The position numbers and the translations under genes were made by a program. This document shows, in pieces, positions 8,477 to 17,662 of a DNA stretch of 64,000 nucleotides. Position 1 is the stretch's first letter; every line of letters starts with the position of its first letter. The notes under the pieces are model-generated. The model saw only the letters and a list, made by a program, of their open reading frames with translations. It ran no database searches and was not told the DNA's origin. The DNA is from an uncultured Eubacteriales bacterium (lineage in GTDB: Bacteria; Bacillota; Clostridia; Christensenellales; CAG-138). The stretch is from positions 6,411-70,410 of the forward strand of contig ONNZ01000011.1 of NCBI GenBank assembly GCA_900319345.1. Reading direction: 5' to 3'.

Positions 8477-9394
8477 TCACTCCTCCTCGACCGGCAGGTC
8501 TTCGATCAGCACGTCCATGGTGCCGCCGCAGACCATCCCCTCCATGGCCGCCACCTCGCCGGTCATGTCCACGGTGACCACCTGGCTCTTGCCCGTGCCG
8601 ATCAGCCGCCGGGCCGCCAGGATGGCCTGGTTCTCCCCGCAGCCGCCGCCGATGGTGCCGGCGGCGTTCCCCAGCTTGTCCGCACCCATGAGGGCCCCGC
8701 CCTTCACCGGCGTAGAGCCCTTGGTGGCGAGGACCAGCAGCAGGGCGGCGGGCCGGGTGTCGTCCGCCAGGAACCGCAGGGCGTCCGGGTCCGTGTTCTG
8801 TTGGGGCAGCAGGCCCGCCTCCGCAGGCAGGGCGTGGCGGGCGGCGATCAGCTCCGCGCAGATGGACACGGCGATCTCCGCCGGGGTCACCGCCCCGATG
8901 GAAAGGCCGATGGGCGCGTGGACCCGGGCGATGCGCTCCTTGTCATAGCCTTCCTCTCCAAGCAGTTCGAACAGCCCCTTCACCCGCCGGTGGGAGCCGA
9001 TCATGCCCAGATACCGGGGCTCGTTCCCCCGGAGCAGGTATTTCATGCAGACGGTGTCGTCCTTGTGGCCCCGGGTCAGCACGCACACGAAGTCCCCCGC
9101 GCCGATGTTCAGCTGGGGCAGGGCGTTTTCGAAGCTGTCGCAGATGACCTCCTTCGCCTCCGGGAACCGGGTGTAGCTGGCGAAGGCGGGCCGATCGTCC
9201 GCCACCGTGACGGCGAACCCCACCTTCAGCGCCGCCTCGTAGAGGGCCAACGACACGTGGCCGCCCCCCAGCAGCACCAGCCGCTCCGGGGGCAGGAACC
9301 GGCGGACCACCCGCCGCCCGTCCACCTGACGGACCAGGTCCGCCTCCTGGCCCGCGGTGACCGCGTCCCAAATATCCTGGAATTCCTTACGCAT
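8477..9394 (-). CDS. XdhC/CoxI-family accessory protein (domain order appears permuted)
   Basis: The 305-aa ORF has the Rossmann part first (LVLLGGGHVSLALYEAALKVGFAVTVADDR). The XdhC_CoxI-like segment (LLVLATKGSTPVKGGALMG...GTIGGGCGE) is at the C-terminus. Confidence 0.65.
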   Translation of the reverse strand: MRKEFQDIWDAVTAGQEADLVRQVDGRRVVRRFLPPERLVLLGGGHVSLALYEAALKVGFAVTVADDRPAFASYTRFPEAKEVICDSFENALPQLNIGAGDFVCVLTRGHKDDTVCMKYLLRGNEPRYLGMIGSHRRVKGLFELLGEEGYDKERIARVHAPIGLSIGAVTPAEIAVSICAELIAARHALPAEAGLLPQQNTDPDALRFLADDTRPAALLLVLATKGSTPVKGGALMGADKLGNAAGTIGGGCGENQAILAARRLIGTGKSQVVTVDMTGEVAAMEGMVCGGTMDVLIEDLPVEEE

Positions 9395-9953
9395 GCTGCG
9401 CCTCGTAGGCCTTCATGGCGTCCAGAGTGTCGGACAAAAGCTGCTCCAAAGGCCAGCCCAGCATGTCCGCCCCCTTCTCGATCACGTCCCGGGAGCACCC
9501 GGCGGCGAAGTTCAACGTCTTATACTTCTTCTTCAGGGACTTGAGGCTCACCTCGCCCACCTGCTTGTTGGGGTGGATCAGGGCCACGGCCCCGATGAGG
9601 CCCGTGAGCTCGTCGGTGGCGTAGAGCACTTTCTCCATCTCGTGCTCCGGCTTCACGTCGTTCCGATGGCCGTAGCCGTGGCTCACGATGGCCCGGATGA
9701 GCCGGGGGTCGAGATCCAGCCCCTCCATGATCTCCCTGGTCTTCTCGCAGTGCTGCTCCGGCCACTTCTCGTAATCCAGGTCGTGTAAGAGCCCCACCAG
9801 CTGCCAGAATTCCTTCTCGGCCCCGTAGCCCAGCTTGTCCGCGTACCAGCCCATGACCGCGGACACGGTCTCGGCGTGCTGCAGATGGAAGGGCTCCTGG
9901 TTGTATTCGGTGAGCAGGGCCCAGGCCTCGCTCCGCGTGATCTCTCTTGCCAT
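9387..9953 (-). CDS. HD/HDIG-domain phosphohydrolase
   Basis: Based on ORF 9387..10016. The probable start is MAREITRSEAW. H...HD motifs are present (HLQHAETV, LLHDLDYEKW, SHGYGH). It overlaps the xdhC-like start by 8 nt. Confidence 0.7.
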   Translation of the reverse strand: MAREITRSEAWALLTEYNQEPFHLQHAETVSAVMGWYADKLGYGAEKEFWQLVGLLHDLDYEKWPEQHCEKTREIMEGLDLDPRLIRAIVSHGYGHRNDVKPEHEMEKVLYATDELTGLIGAVALIHPNKQVGEVSLKSLKKKYKTLNFAAGCSRDVIEKGADMLGWPLEQLLSDTLDAMKAYEAQHA

Positions 9954-10070
9954 GTTTCTTCGCACCTTTCCATAGGTTTCTTGCCTATTATAGGAAGAAA
10001 ACGGGGCCGCTGTCAATTCTGAAAACGAACACGTGTCAACATCAGCTGCTTTTGTTCAACAAAACGAACT

Positions 10071-10123
10071 AAGACAAAGACAAAGAAAAAGACAAAGACA
10101 AAGAAAAAGGAAAAGACAAAGAC
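10071..10123. repeat. purine-only (AAGACA/AAGAAA)n low-complexity tract
   Basis: The sequence aagacaaagacaaagaaaaagacaaagacaaagaaaaaggaaaagacaaagac is followed by (tc)n. It is intergenic, upstream of the HD gene. Confidence 0.8.
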
Positions 10124-10155
10124 TCTCTCTCTGCATATGGGCGCCTGAGGCGCAA

Positions 10156-10191
10156 AGAGAAAAAGATCCCCTCTCGGTTTCGGAGGGGATC
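10156..10191 (-). terminator. rho-independent terminator of the cotF-like gene
   Basis: The stem gatcccctc/gaggggatc is followed on the minus strand by tttttctctttg. Confidence 0.65.
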
Positions 10192-10204
10192 GCCTTCTAT
10201 GGGG

Positions 10205-10666
10205 TCACGCTGTCATGCCGTGGGTACTCATGTAGTCGTACAGCATCTGCCCGTGCTCCTGCTCCTCCTTCTGGATGTGGTTCAGGGCAGAGCGGGCGCC
10301 GGCGTCGGTGAACTCGAAGATACAGGTGTCGTACACGCTGGACACGTGCTTTTCCGTGTCCAGGGCGTCCTTCAAAAGATACTCGTCGGTCTTGCTGTGG
10401 GACTTCTCAGCGGCCTTCCCGTCCCCGGGCTGGCTCTGGCCGCCCTGCTGGTTCTGCTGGCCGCCCGACATCATGGGCACCGTGCCGCCCATCAGGCTGT
10501 TGATGGTCTTCAGGTGCTCCTCCTCCTTGGCGCGGATGGTCAAGAACAGGTCCGCCAGGGCCTGGTCCTCCGCCTTCTGGGCGTACTGGCCGTACTTCTC
10601 GATGCAGATCTCCTCCGAAGTCTTGAGGTCCTGCAGCAGCATGGATTCCTTTTGTGTCAGTTTCAT
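10205..10666 (-). CDS. spore coat protein F (CotF)-like, ferritin-like fold
   Basis: This is the C-terminal part of ORF 10205..11041, and the upstream part is non-coding-like. The start is M(N)MKLTQKESMLLQDL, after GAGGTG. The sequence continues EICIEKYGQYAQKAED...HLKTIN...LKDALDTEKHVSSVYD...ALNHIQKEEQEHGQMLYDYM. The start could instead be 10672. Confidence 0.7.
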   Translation of the reverse strand: MKLTQKESMLLQDLKTSEEICIEKYGQYAQKAEDQALADLFLTIRAKEEEHLKTINSLMGGTVPMMSGGQQNQQGGQSQPGDGKAAEKSHSKTDEYLLKDALDTEKHVSSVYDTCIFEFTDAGARSALNHIQKEEQEHGQMLYDYMSTHGMTA

Positions 10667-10808
10667 ATTCATCACCTCGCCCATAGGATGGCCGGGCCGG
10701 CCGCCCGCCATGCGCCCCCGCCAAAGTCTCCGCTTTTTCGCAGGTATCCCTTGCGTTTTGCGCTCCGCTGTCGTATACTGTCCCATATTTTCACGCCAGG
10801 AGGGGATC

Positions 10809-11519
10809 ATGGAGGCATACGGGTACAGGGAGGGGCTCAGGGACGGGCTGCCCATCGGCCTGGGGTATCTGTCGGTATCCTTCGGCTTCGCCATCTGGGC
10901 GGTGAAGCAGGGCATCCCGGGCCTTATTTTGGTGCTCCTCTCCGGCACCAATCTGACCTCCGCAGGCCAGGTGGCGGGGGTCACGGTCATGGCGGCGGGG
11001 GGCCTTCTCGTGGAGCTCGCCTTGACGGAGCTGGTCATCAACCTGCGCTACGCCCTCATGAGCGTCACCCTGACCCAGAAGCTTTCGCCCCGGTTCAGCC
11101 TGCTGCAGCGGATGGCGGCCTCCTTCTTCGTCACCGACGAGATCTTCGCCGTGGCCTCCACCCGCAAGGGCCTCTTGACCTTCCCCTACATGATGGGCCT
11201 CGGGTGCCTGCCCTGGATCGGCTGGACCCTTGGCACGGCTTTGGGCGCCTTCGCGGGGACGCTGCTCCCTGCGGCCCTCTCCGCCGCGCTGGGCATCGCC
11301 ATCTACGGCATGTTCATGGCCATCCTGGTGCCGGGGGCCCTGGAGGAGCGGGGGGTGCTCCTGGCCATCTTCGCCGCCGTATCGTTGGGCATGGTCCTCC
11401 GGTACGTGCCTCTGTTCCGCTTCCTCTCCGAGGGCTTCGTCATCATCATCAGCGCCGTCTTCGGGGCCTGCGTCGCCGCTTGGCTCAAGCCTGTGAAGGC
11501 GGGGGAGGGGGAGGCATGA
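10809..11519 (+). CDS. azlC: AzlC-family branched-chain amino acid exporter subunit
   Basis: This is the in-frame C-terminal 236 aa of ORF 10275..11519. AGGAGGGG precedes the ATG at 10809. The sequence reads REGLRDGLPIGLGYLSVSFGFA...NLRYALMS...FVTDEIF and is polytopic. Confidence 0.8.
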   Translation: MEAYGYREGLRDGLPIGLGYLSVSFGFAIWAVKQGIPGLILVLLSGTNLTSAGQVAGVTVMAAGGLLVELALTELVINLRYALMSVTLTQKLSPRFSLLQRMAASFFVTDEIFAVASTRKGLLTFPYMMGLGCLPWIGWTLGTALGAFAGTLLPAALSAALGIAIYGMFMAILVPGALEERGVLLAIFAAVSLGMVLRYVPLFRFLSEGFVIIISAVFGACVAAWLKPVKAGEGEA

Positions 11520-11824
11520 AGCTGTACCTGTATCTGCTGGTGATGGCGGGGGTCACCTACCTCGTCCGCATGCTGCCCCTCGCCTTCTTCCGCAAAAAGA
11601 TCACCAGCCCCTTTCTGCTGGGGGTCCTCCACTACATGCCCTTCGCGGTGCTGGGGACCATGACCGTCCCCGCCATCTTCACCTCCACCGGGGAGCCCCT
11701 CTCCGCCGTGGCGGGCTTCGTGGCCGCCCTTTTCCTGGGTCTCAAGCGCCGGTCCCTCATCGAGGTGGCTCTCGTTGCCACCGCCGCGGCGTATGTGACC
11801 TCCCTGGTCCTGCCCCTGTTCTGA
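11516..11824 (+). CDS. azlD: AzlD-family small membrane protein
   Basis: An ATGA overlap joins it to azlC. The 102-aa hydrophobic protein begins MKLYLYLLVMAGVTYLVRMLPLAFF. Confidence 0.75.
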   Translation: MKLYLYLLVMAGVTYLVRMLPLAFFRKKITSPFLLGVLHYMPFAVLGTMTVPAIFTSTGEPLSAVAGFVAALFLGLKRRSLIEVALVATAAAYVTSLVLPLF

Positions 11825-11842
11825 AAAATCTCAAAAAACCTC

Positions 11843-11873
11843 TTGACCCTGACGTAACGTCAGGGTTTATACT
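11843..11873 (+). promoter_or_regulatory. MerR-type promoter with a 19-bp spacer and internal dyad
   Basis: The layout is TTGACC (11843-48), a 19-nt spacer containing the palindrome CCCTGACGTAACGTCAGGG, then TATACT (11868-73). It lies immediately upstream of the MerR-family gene. Confidence 0.65.
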
Positions 11874-11891
11874 TGCTTCAGAAGGGAGGCG

Positions 11892-12629
11892 ATGGAGATG
11901 ATGACGGTCCATGAGGTCAGCGAGCTCACCGGTGTCAGCGTCCGGGCGCTGCATCACTACGATGAGCTGGGGCTCCTGAAGCCCGCGGCGGTGACGGAGG
12001 CAGGCTATCGGCTCTACGACGAAAGCTCCCTCGTCCGGCTCCAGAGCATCCTGCTCTTTCGGGAGCTGCAGTTCCCTTTGAAGGACATCGGGGCCATATT
12101 GGACAGCCCCACCTTCGACAGGAACCGGGCCCTGGACCAGCAGATCCAGCTGCTGGAGCTGAGGAAGGAGCATCTGGAGAACCTGATCGACTTAGCCAAA
12201 GGCATCAAAGGCATGGGGGTGAAACATTTGACGGATTTTAGAGCATTCGACACCAAGAAGATCGACGAATACGCCCGGGAGGCCAAGGCGTCCTGGGGAC
12301 AGACCAAGGAATGGAAGGAATACGAACAGAAGGCCCAGGGCCGGACCCGGGAGGACAACGCCGCCCTGGCCCGGGGCATGATGGACATCTTCGCCGAATT
12401 CGGCGCCATCCGGGACACGGACCCCGCCGCGCCGGAGGCCCAGGCACTGGTGGATAAGCTCCAGAGCTACATCACGGAGCACTACTACACCTGCTCCGAC
12501 GAGATCCTGCTGAGCCTGTCCAAGATGTACGACGGGGGCGGCACCATGACCGAGAGCATCGACAAGGTGGGCGGCCCCGGCACAGGGGACTTCGCCGCCC
12601 GGGCCATCGCGGTCCACTGTAAAAAGTAA
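11892..12629 (+). CDS. MerR-family transcriptional regulator with a TipAS-like C-terminal domain
   Basis: MTVHEVSELTGVSVRALHHYDELGLLKP is a MerR HTH, followed by a coiled coil and a C-terminal effector domain. The start may be ATG 11898 or 11901, which have better SD spacing. Confidence 0.85.
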   Translation: MEMMTVHEVSELTGVSVRALHHYDELGLLKPAAVTEAGYRLYDESSLVRLQSILLFRELQFPLKDIGAILDSPTFDRNRALDQQIQLLELRKEHLENLIDLAKGIKGMGVKHLTDFRAFDTKKIDEYAREAKASWGQTKEWKEYEQKAQGRTREDNAALARGMMDIFAEFGAIRDTDPAAPEAQALVDKLQSYITEHYYTCSDEILLSLSKMYDGGGTMTESIDKVGGPGTGDFAARAIAVHCKK

Positions 12630-12692
12630 GCCCTGTTGCGCTGCAGCGAATAAAGAGGTATACTCATCCTATCAACCACAAGGAGGGCGGGT

Positions 12693-13754
12693 ATGCCTCT
12701 TTTATTGGTGCGCAACGATATCACCAGGATGACCGTGGACGCCATCGTCAACGCGGCCAATCCTTCCCTGCTGGGAGGCGGCGGGGTGGACGGCGCCATC
12801 CACCGGGCCGCGGGGCCGGAGCTGCTGGCGGAATGCCGCACGTTGAACGGCTGCAAAACCGGGGAGGCCAAGATCACCGGCGCCTACCGCCTCCACGCCA
12901 AGTACGTGATCCACACCGTGGGGCCCATCTGGTACGGGGGCGGCCGCGGGGAGGAGCATATGCTCCGGTCCTGCTATCGCCGTTCCCTGGAATTGGCGGC
13001 GGACCACGGCTGCGAGACCGTGGCCTTTCCCCTGATCTCCAGCGGCGTCTACGGCTACCCCAAGGCCGACGCCTTCCGGGTGGCCACCGAGGCCATCACG
13101 GCCTTCCTGGAGGGCCATGAGCTCACCGTGTACCTGGTCCTGTTCGACCGGGCAGCCTACCTGTTGGGGGACCGGTTCGGGGACGTGCGGGCCTTCATCG
13201 ACGACGCCTACGCCCAGGCGGAGGAGGAGCGCCCCCGGAACCAGGCGAGCTATCGCTGGAAACGGGAGCCCAAGGCCCTGCTGGACGAGGACACCTGCTG
13301 CTTCGAGGCGGCCGCTGCGCCTATGCCCGCCGCCGCGCCCCGGAAGAAGTCCAAGCCCCTGGCGAAGGCGGAGAAAGCGGCGGACCCGGACCTGGAAAGC
13401 ATGCTGCGCCAACTGGACGAGGGCTTTTCCCGGACGCTGCTGAAACTCATCGACGAGAGGGGCATGACGGACGTCCAGTGCTACAAGCGGGCCAACATCG
13501 ACCGGAAGCTGTTCTCCAAGATCCGGTCCGATCCCGCCTACAAGCCCTCCAAGACCACCGCCATCGCCCTGGCCCTGGCCCTGGAGCTACCCCTCCCCGA
13601 GACCCAGGCCCTCCTCGGCAGGGCGGGGTACACCCTGTCCCACAGCTTCCTCTTCGACATCATCGTGGAAGCCTGCATCCAAAAGGGCGTCTTCAACGTC
13701 CTGGACGTGAACGAACTTCTCTTCTCCTACGATCAGCCTCTTTTGGGGAGTTGA
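12693..13754 (+). CDS. macro-domain (ADP-ribose binding/hydrolase) protein with a C-terminal HTH-like domain
   Basis: [33 protein letters not shown]...[13 protein letters not shown] are canonical macro motifs. The C-terminal ~110 aa resembles an XRE-like HTH ([22 protein letters not shown]). Confidence 0.8.
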   Translation: MPLLLVRNDITRMTVDAIVNAANPSLLGGGGVDGAIHRAAGPELLAECRTLNGCKTGEAKITGAYRLHAKYVIHTVGPIWYGGGRGEEHMLRSCYRRSLELAADHGCETVAFPLISSGVYGYPKADAFRVATEAITAFLEGHELTVYLVLFDRAAYLLGDRFGDVRAFIDDAYAQAEEERPRNQASYRWKREPKALLDEDTCCFEAAAAPMPAAAPRKKSKPLAKAEKAADPDLESMLRQLDEGFSRTLLKLIDERGMTDVQCYKRANIDRKLFSKIRSDPAYKPSKTTAIALALALELPLPETQALLGRAGYTLSHSFLFDIIVEACIQKGVFNVLDVNELLFSYDQPLLGS

Positions 13755-13855
13755 GATGTCGCCCGACGAGCGACCTTTTTCCCCTTCATATCCTCTATAC
13801 TGTGGTCACAGGGTCGAAAAAGCCCGGTGACCATTTTTATAAGGAGGACAAGAAA

Positions 13856-14503
13856 ATGAAGAAGGGTTTGACGGAACTGGTGTTCATCCTGGACGAGAGC
13901 GGCAGCATGAGCGGCATGGAGACGGACACCATCGGCGGCTTCAACAGCATGATCGACAAGCAGCGCCGGGAGGCGGGGACGGCCTACGTGTCCACGGTGG
14001 CCTTCTCCAACGAGAGCCGGGTGATCCACGATCGGGTGGACCTGGATCAGGTGGCGCCCCTGACCCGGCGGGACTACGTCCCCAGCGGCTGCACGGCCCT
14101 GCTGGACGCCCTGGGCGGGGCCATCCACCACATCGGGAACGTGCACAAGTACGCCCGGCCGGAGGACGTGCCGGAGCACACCATCTTCATCATCACCACC
14201 GACGGCATGGAGAACGCCAGCCGTCGGTACAGCCGCCGGGAGGTGAAACAGATGGTGGAGCGGCAAAAGGCTAGGTACGGCTGGGAATTCCTGTTCCTGG
14301 GGGCCAACATGGACGCCATCGCCGCCGCGGAGGACATCGGCATCCGGCGAGATCGGGCGGTGAAGTACGTGTCCGACCCGGAGGGCACCGAGCTCAACTA
14401 CCGGGTGGTCAGCGACACCCTCTGCGACCTGCGCATGAGCCGCCCCGTCACCGCCTCCTGGAAGGCCGCCATCGAGGCGGACGAGCAGGCGAGGGGGAAT
14501 TGA
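13856..14503 (+). CDS. von Willebrand factor A (vWA) domain protein
   Basis: The start follows AAGGAGGA. The MIDAS motif is in LVFILDESGSMSG, with further matches in TALLDALG and IFIITTDGMEN. The upstream part of ORF 13478.. overlaps the macro gene and was rejected. Confidence 0.75.
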   Translation: MKKGLTELVFILDESGSMSGMETDTIGGFNSMIDKQRREAGTAYVSTVAFSNESRVIHDRVDLDQVAPLTRRDYVPSGCTALLDALGGAIHHIGNVHKYARPEDVPEHTIFIITTDGMENASRRYSRREVKQMVERQKARYGWEFLFLGANMDAIAAAEDIGIRRDRAVKYVSDPEGTELNYRVVSDTLCDLRMSRPVTASWKAAIEADEQARGN

Positions 14504-14586
14504 CATTTTTTTCCAGCATATCCCGGTCGGATCGGGCCACACTATGGATGTCGGCCATGAGCCGAACAATACCGGGAGGTAAAGAG

Positions 14587-14736
14587 ATGTCTTTCTTCGA
14601 TGAGTTTGAACGCTCCTATACCGGCGACCAGAACAAAAAGGACAAGAAGAACCGGAACGAGCGTAAGGAACAGGACCGACAGATGGAAACGGAACAGAAG
14701 CTGAGAAGGGACAGAAACGATCCCTACTACGAGTAA
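14587..14736 (+). CDS. hypothetical small charged protein (49 aa)
   Basis: GGGAGG precedes the ATG. The product is Lys/Arg/Glu/Asp-rich (MSFFDEFERSYTGDQNKKDKKNRNERKEQDRQMETEQKLRRDRNDPYYE). A terminator follows. No family recognised. Confidence 0.35.
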   Translation: MSFFDEFERSYTGDQNKKDKKNRNERKEQDRQMETEQKLRRDRNDPYYE

Positions 14737-14753
14737 CGACTGAACCAAAACCA

Positions 14754-14781
14754 GAAAAAGGAGGCCGATGGGCCTCCTTTT
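14754..14781. terminator. bidirectional rho-independent terminator
   Basis: The sequence aaaaaggaggcc gatg ggcctccttttt lies between convergent genes. Confidence 0.75.
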
Positions 14782-14786
14782 TCATA

Positions 14787-16253
14787 TTATTTGATGATCA
14801 ATATCCTCTCCGTCCCTGAGAAGGGCTCGGAAAGCTCCCCGTTCAGCTCCCGGAGCCGGGCCTGGGGGATGCCGAAGCGCTTGCCCACGGTGAACAGGTT
14901 TTCCTGGGGGTCCGGGGCGTAGATGAGGATGCCGCGGCCCGGCTGGGTGCCGGGTCCCGCCAGGAGGTCGTCGGTGTAGCCGATGGGGGTCTCGGCGTAC
15001 TGCTCCCCAGAGAAGAGGAGCTCCACCCGGGCCTGCAGCACCCGCCCCCGGCCCGTGACCGTGGAGAAGGCCGCCGCAGACAGGGGCAGCACCAGGGCCC
15101 CCTGGCCCGGCAGGGTCAGGGAGAAGGGCACCTCCCCCGTGAAGCTGTGCAACAGCCCGCTGTCGCACCGGTACACCGTGGTCACCAGCGCCACGCCATC
15201 GAGGAGCGTCCCCCCGTCCGTGGGCTCCAGGCCTGTGACGGCGGGCAGGGCCCGGCTATAGAGGACCTGCTGGACCTCCGGCATGTGGTTGGGCACGGCG
15301 AGGGGCCCTTCCACAGTATCCTCCTGGAGCACGGGCCCGAGATACATGAGCCCCGTCCGCTCCTCCCGGTGGCAGAGGAAGGTGCCGCCCTCGTCGTAGG
15401 CGTCCGATAGGACCCGAAGCCGGCTTTCCGCGGCCCCGTAGGCGGACACGGACACGTCCCCATTGAGGAACAGGGCTTCCCCATCGGTCCGGGCGGAGAG
15501 GCCGGTGAGCTCCGCCGTCAGGGTGGTGCCCTGGCCGGTCTGTCCCTCCAGCTTCACCGTGTCCGAGAAGGGGGTCCGCACGGTCATCTCCTGGAGCCGT
15601 CCCTCCGGGTCCAGCAGCACCAGGGACGAGAACAGCTCCCCGTCGAGAGCCATGCCCTCCCCGGCCGGGCGGCTGCTGAGGATGCGGACCGTACCCTTCG
15701 CTTCCAGCACGTTGGCGCCCGCTTCCACCCCCAGTTCGTCCCGGACCTGGACGGCCTTGGCCCCCTGGAGGGACCGGCGGCGGGTGACGATGGTCTCCTC
15801 CCGGCTCTCCAGGCCCACCGCCCCCCGGATGGCGGACACAGCCCCCACCTCCCGGGGCGCCATGAGCCATACCTTCAGGTCCAAAACCGCGCTGAGCCGC
15901 AGCCCGTCGTCCTCCCGGTGGCAGGCGCACTTCAACAGCTGCCCGTATATCCGGGGCTGCAGGCCGTCCTCCGTGATCCGGGCGCTCATAAGGTGGGTGA
16001 ACTCCGCCGCCGCGTCGAAGGAGAACAGCACCCGTTCCCCGGTCTCCGCGACGAGATGGAGTTGCAGCTGGCCCGAGAGCCGGACGCCGGTCTCGCTGAC
16101 CCGGACCTCCCGTATTTGGAGTTGGGGCGTCACCGACAGCACGCTGCCGGCGGTCCGCCCCTGGGGCAGGGGGATGGCGCTTTCGATGGGCACCTGCTCC
16201 TCCAGCCGCATGCACAGGGTATCCACGTTGAAACTGACCTTTTCCACATCCAT
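14787..16253 (-). CDS. DUF3794-like repeat protein with a C-terminal LysM domain (spore coat/cortex-associated type)
   Basis: The 488-aa ORF has repeated beta-rich segments. The C-terminus ILIYAPDPQENLFTVGKRFGIPQARLRELNGEL resembles LysM. Confidence 0.6.
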   Translation of the reverse strand: MDVEKVSFNVDTLCMRLEEQVPIESAIPLPQGRTAGSVLSVTPQLQIREVRVSETGVRLSGQLQLHLVAETGERVLFSFDAAAEFTHLMSARITEDGLQPRIYGQLLKCACHREDDGLRLSAVLDLKVWLMAPREVGAVSAIRGAVGLESREETIVTRRRSLQGAKAVQVRDELGVEAGANVLEAKGTVRILSSRPAGEGMALDGELFSSLVLLDPEGRLQEMTVRTPFSDTVKLEGQTGQGTTLTAELTGLSARTDGEALFLNGDVSVSAYGAAESRLRVLSDAYDEGGTFLCHREERTGLMYLGPVLQEDTVEGPLAVPNHMPEVQQVLYSRALPAVTGLEPTDGGTLLDGVALVTTVYRCDSGLLHSFTGEVPFSLTLPGQGALVLPLSAAAFSTVTGRGRVLQARVELLFSGEQYAETPIGYTDDLLAGPGTQPGRGILIYAPDPQENLFTVGKRFGIPQARLRELNGELSEPFSGTERILIIK

Positions 16254-16414
16254 GGCTATGACCTCCCATAGGGTTTCTTATCGTCACAGCCTATGCACCG
16301 CAAACGGAAAAAAGACCCGGGAAAGACGGGCCGAGCAAGCCGCGGCCCCCTGCGAATGTGGGACAAGGGAGCTATCGCAGGGAGGGGCTTGCCCCGCCTA
16401 CGTTTCGCCGTGAC

Positions 16415-16468
16415 AAACAAAAAAGCCCCGCCGCTTGCAGGCCAACGAGGCCGTCAAGCGGGAGGGGC
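16415..16468 (-). terminator. terminator of the CDF transporter gene
   Basis: On the minus strand, gcccctcccgcttg...caagcggcggggc is followed by ttttttgtttgt. Confidence 0.6.
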
Positions 16469-16525
16469 AGAGCGCTACTCTGTAGATCCTTGTTTGCTGA
16501 TCGGAACGGAGCGCTTTCTTCCGAT

Positions 16526-17653
16526 TCAATCCGCGATATCCACGTCCGGTACGATCAGGATCTCGTAGTCCGGATATAGTCCGCGGATTTCTTGGTACAA
16601 CGTTTCCAACGCTTCCTTCCGATCGACGTCGAAGCTCATAACGACGTCGAAGCGAAGGGTCTTTTGTTCCGTATCGGCATAGAAGCCGTGCATCTGCAAG
16701 GCCCATTCGTGGGAGAGAACGGTTTGCTGGATGCGGTTGCGCATCTGCGCCGCTTCATCGTTCGACGTGTTGTAGGAATAGACGCCGATGCCGGTCAGAA
16801 TGACGCCGGTCTTATGAAAGACGTTGGTTTGGATCCGCCGCGTGATACGGTCCACCTCGTCCACGGTCAGCGTATCCGGAAGCTCGACGTGCACGGAGCC
16901 GTAGTTTTTGTTCGGTCCGTAGTTGAACAGCGTAACGTCATATGCGCCGAGGACGGCTTCCTCCTCGCAGATGATCTGCTTCAGTTCCTTCGTGATCTCA
17001 GCATCCTCCCGCTTGCCGATGATATCGTTCAGCGTTTCGATCATCATCTCGATGCCCGCCTTGATAATGAAGCCCGCAATGATCACACCGACGTAGGCTT
17101 CCAGCGACACGCCCCAAACGAGATAGACGATCGCCGAGGCAAGCACCGAAGCGGACAAAATCGCGTCGAACATGGCGTCGGAGCCAGAGGCAGCGAGCGC
17201 GCCGGAGTTGACCTTCTTGCCCTGCTTCTTCACATACAGACCGAGCAGGAGCTTCACGACGATCGCCACGGAAATGATGACGAGCGTGACCGTGCCGTAG
17301 TCCGCTGCTTCCGGATGGAAGATCTTTTTGATCGATTCGACCAGCGACGTGATGCCCGCATACAGCACCAGCGCGGCGACGATCATGGAACTTAAATACT
17401 CGATCCTGCCGTAGCCCAGCGGATGCTTTTTGTCCGGCTGCTTGGCGCCCAGCTTCGCACCGATGATCGTTACGACGCTGGAGAGCGCATCGGAAAGGTT
17501 GTTGACTGCGTCCAGAATGATCGCGATCGAATTGGACATGAGCCCGACGAACGCCTTGAATCCCACCAGCAGCAGGTTCGTGACGATCCCGATAACGCTC
17601 GTGCGGACGATCGTTTTTTCCCTGATGGCAACTTCTGCCGAAATATCCTGCAT
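16526..17653 (-). CDS. cation diffusion facilitator (CDF) family metal efflux transporter
   Basis: The 375-aa ORF has six TM segments. It contains SNSIAIILDAVNNLSDALSS...KKHPLGYGRIEYL and a C-terminal cytoplasmic domain. Confidence 0.85.
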   Translation of the reverse strand: MQDISAEVAIREKTIVRTSVIGIVTNLLLVGFKAFVGLMSNSIAIILDAVNNLSDALSSVVTIIGAKLGAKQPDKKHPLGYGRIEYLSSMIVAALVLYAGITSLVESIKKIFHPEAADYGTVTLVIISVAIVVKLLLGLYVKKQGKKVNSGALAASGSDAMFDAILSASVLASAIVYLVWGVSLEAYVGVIIAGFIIKAGIEMMIETLNDIIGKREDAEITKELKQIICEEEAVLGAYDVTLFNYGPNKNYGSVHVELPDTLTVDEVDRITRRIQTNVFHKTGVILTGIGVYSYNTSNDEAAQMRNRIQQTVLSHEWALQMHGFYADTEQKTLRFDVVMSFDVDRKEALETLYQEIRGLYPDYEILIVPDVDIAD

Positions 17654-17662
17654 GCAGATCCC

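Noticed and set aside
7736-9544. 602-aa ORF on the plus strand
   Set aside because: It is antisense to tcdA, the xdhC-like gene and the HD gene, all of which have clear family motifs.
10275-10808. N-terminal 178-aa extension of the azlC ORF, and the 5' extension of the minus-strand ORF up to 11041
   Set aside because: The two extensions overlap each other and the cotF-like gene. Good RBS-start pairs exist at 10809 (azlC) and ~10666 (cotF-like). The extension sequences are low-complexity.
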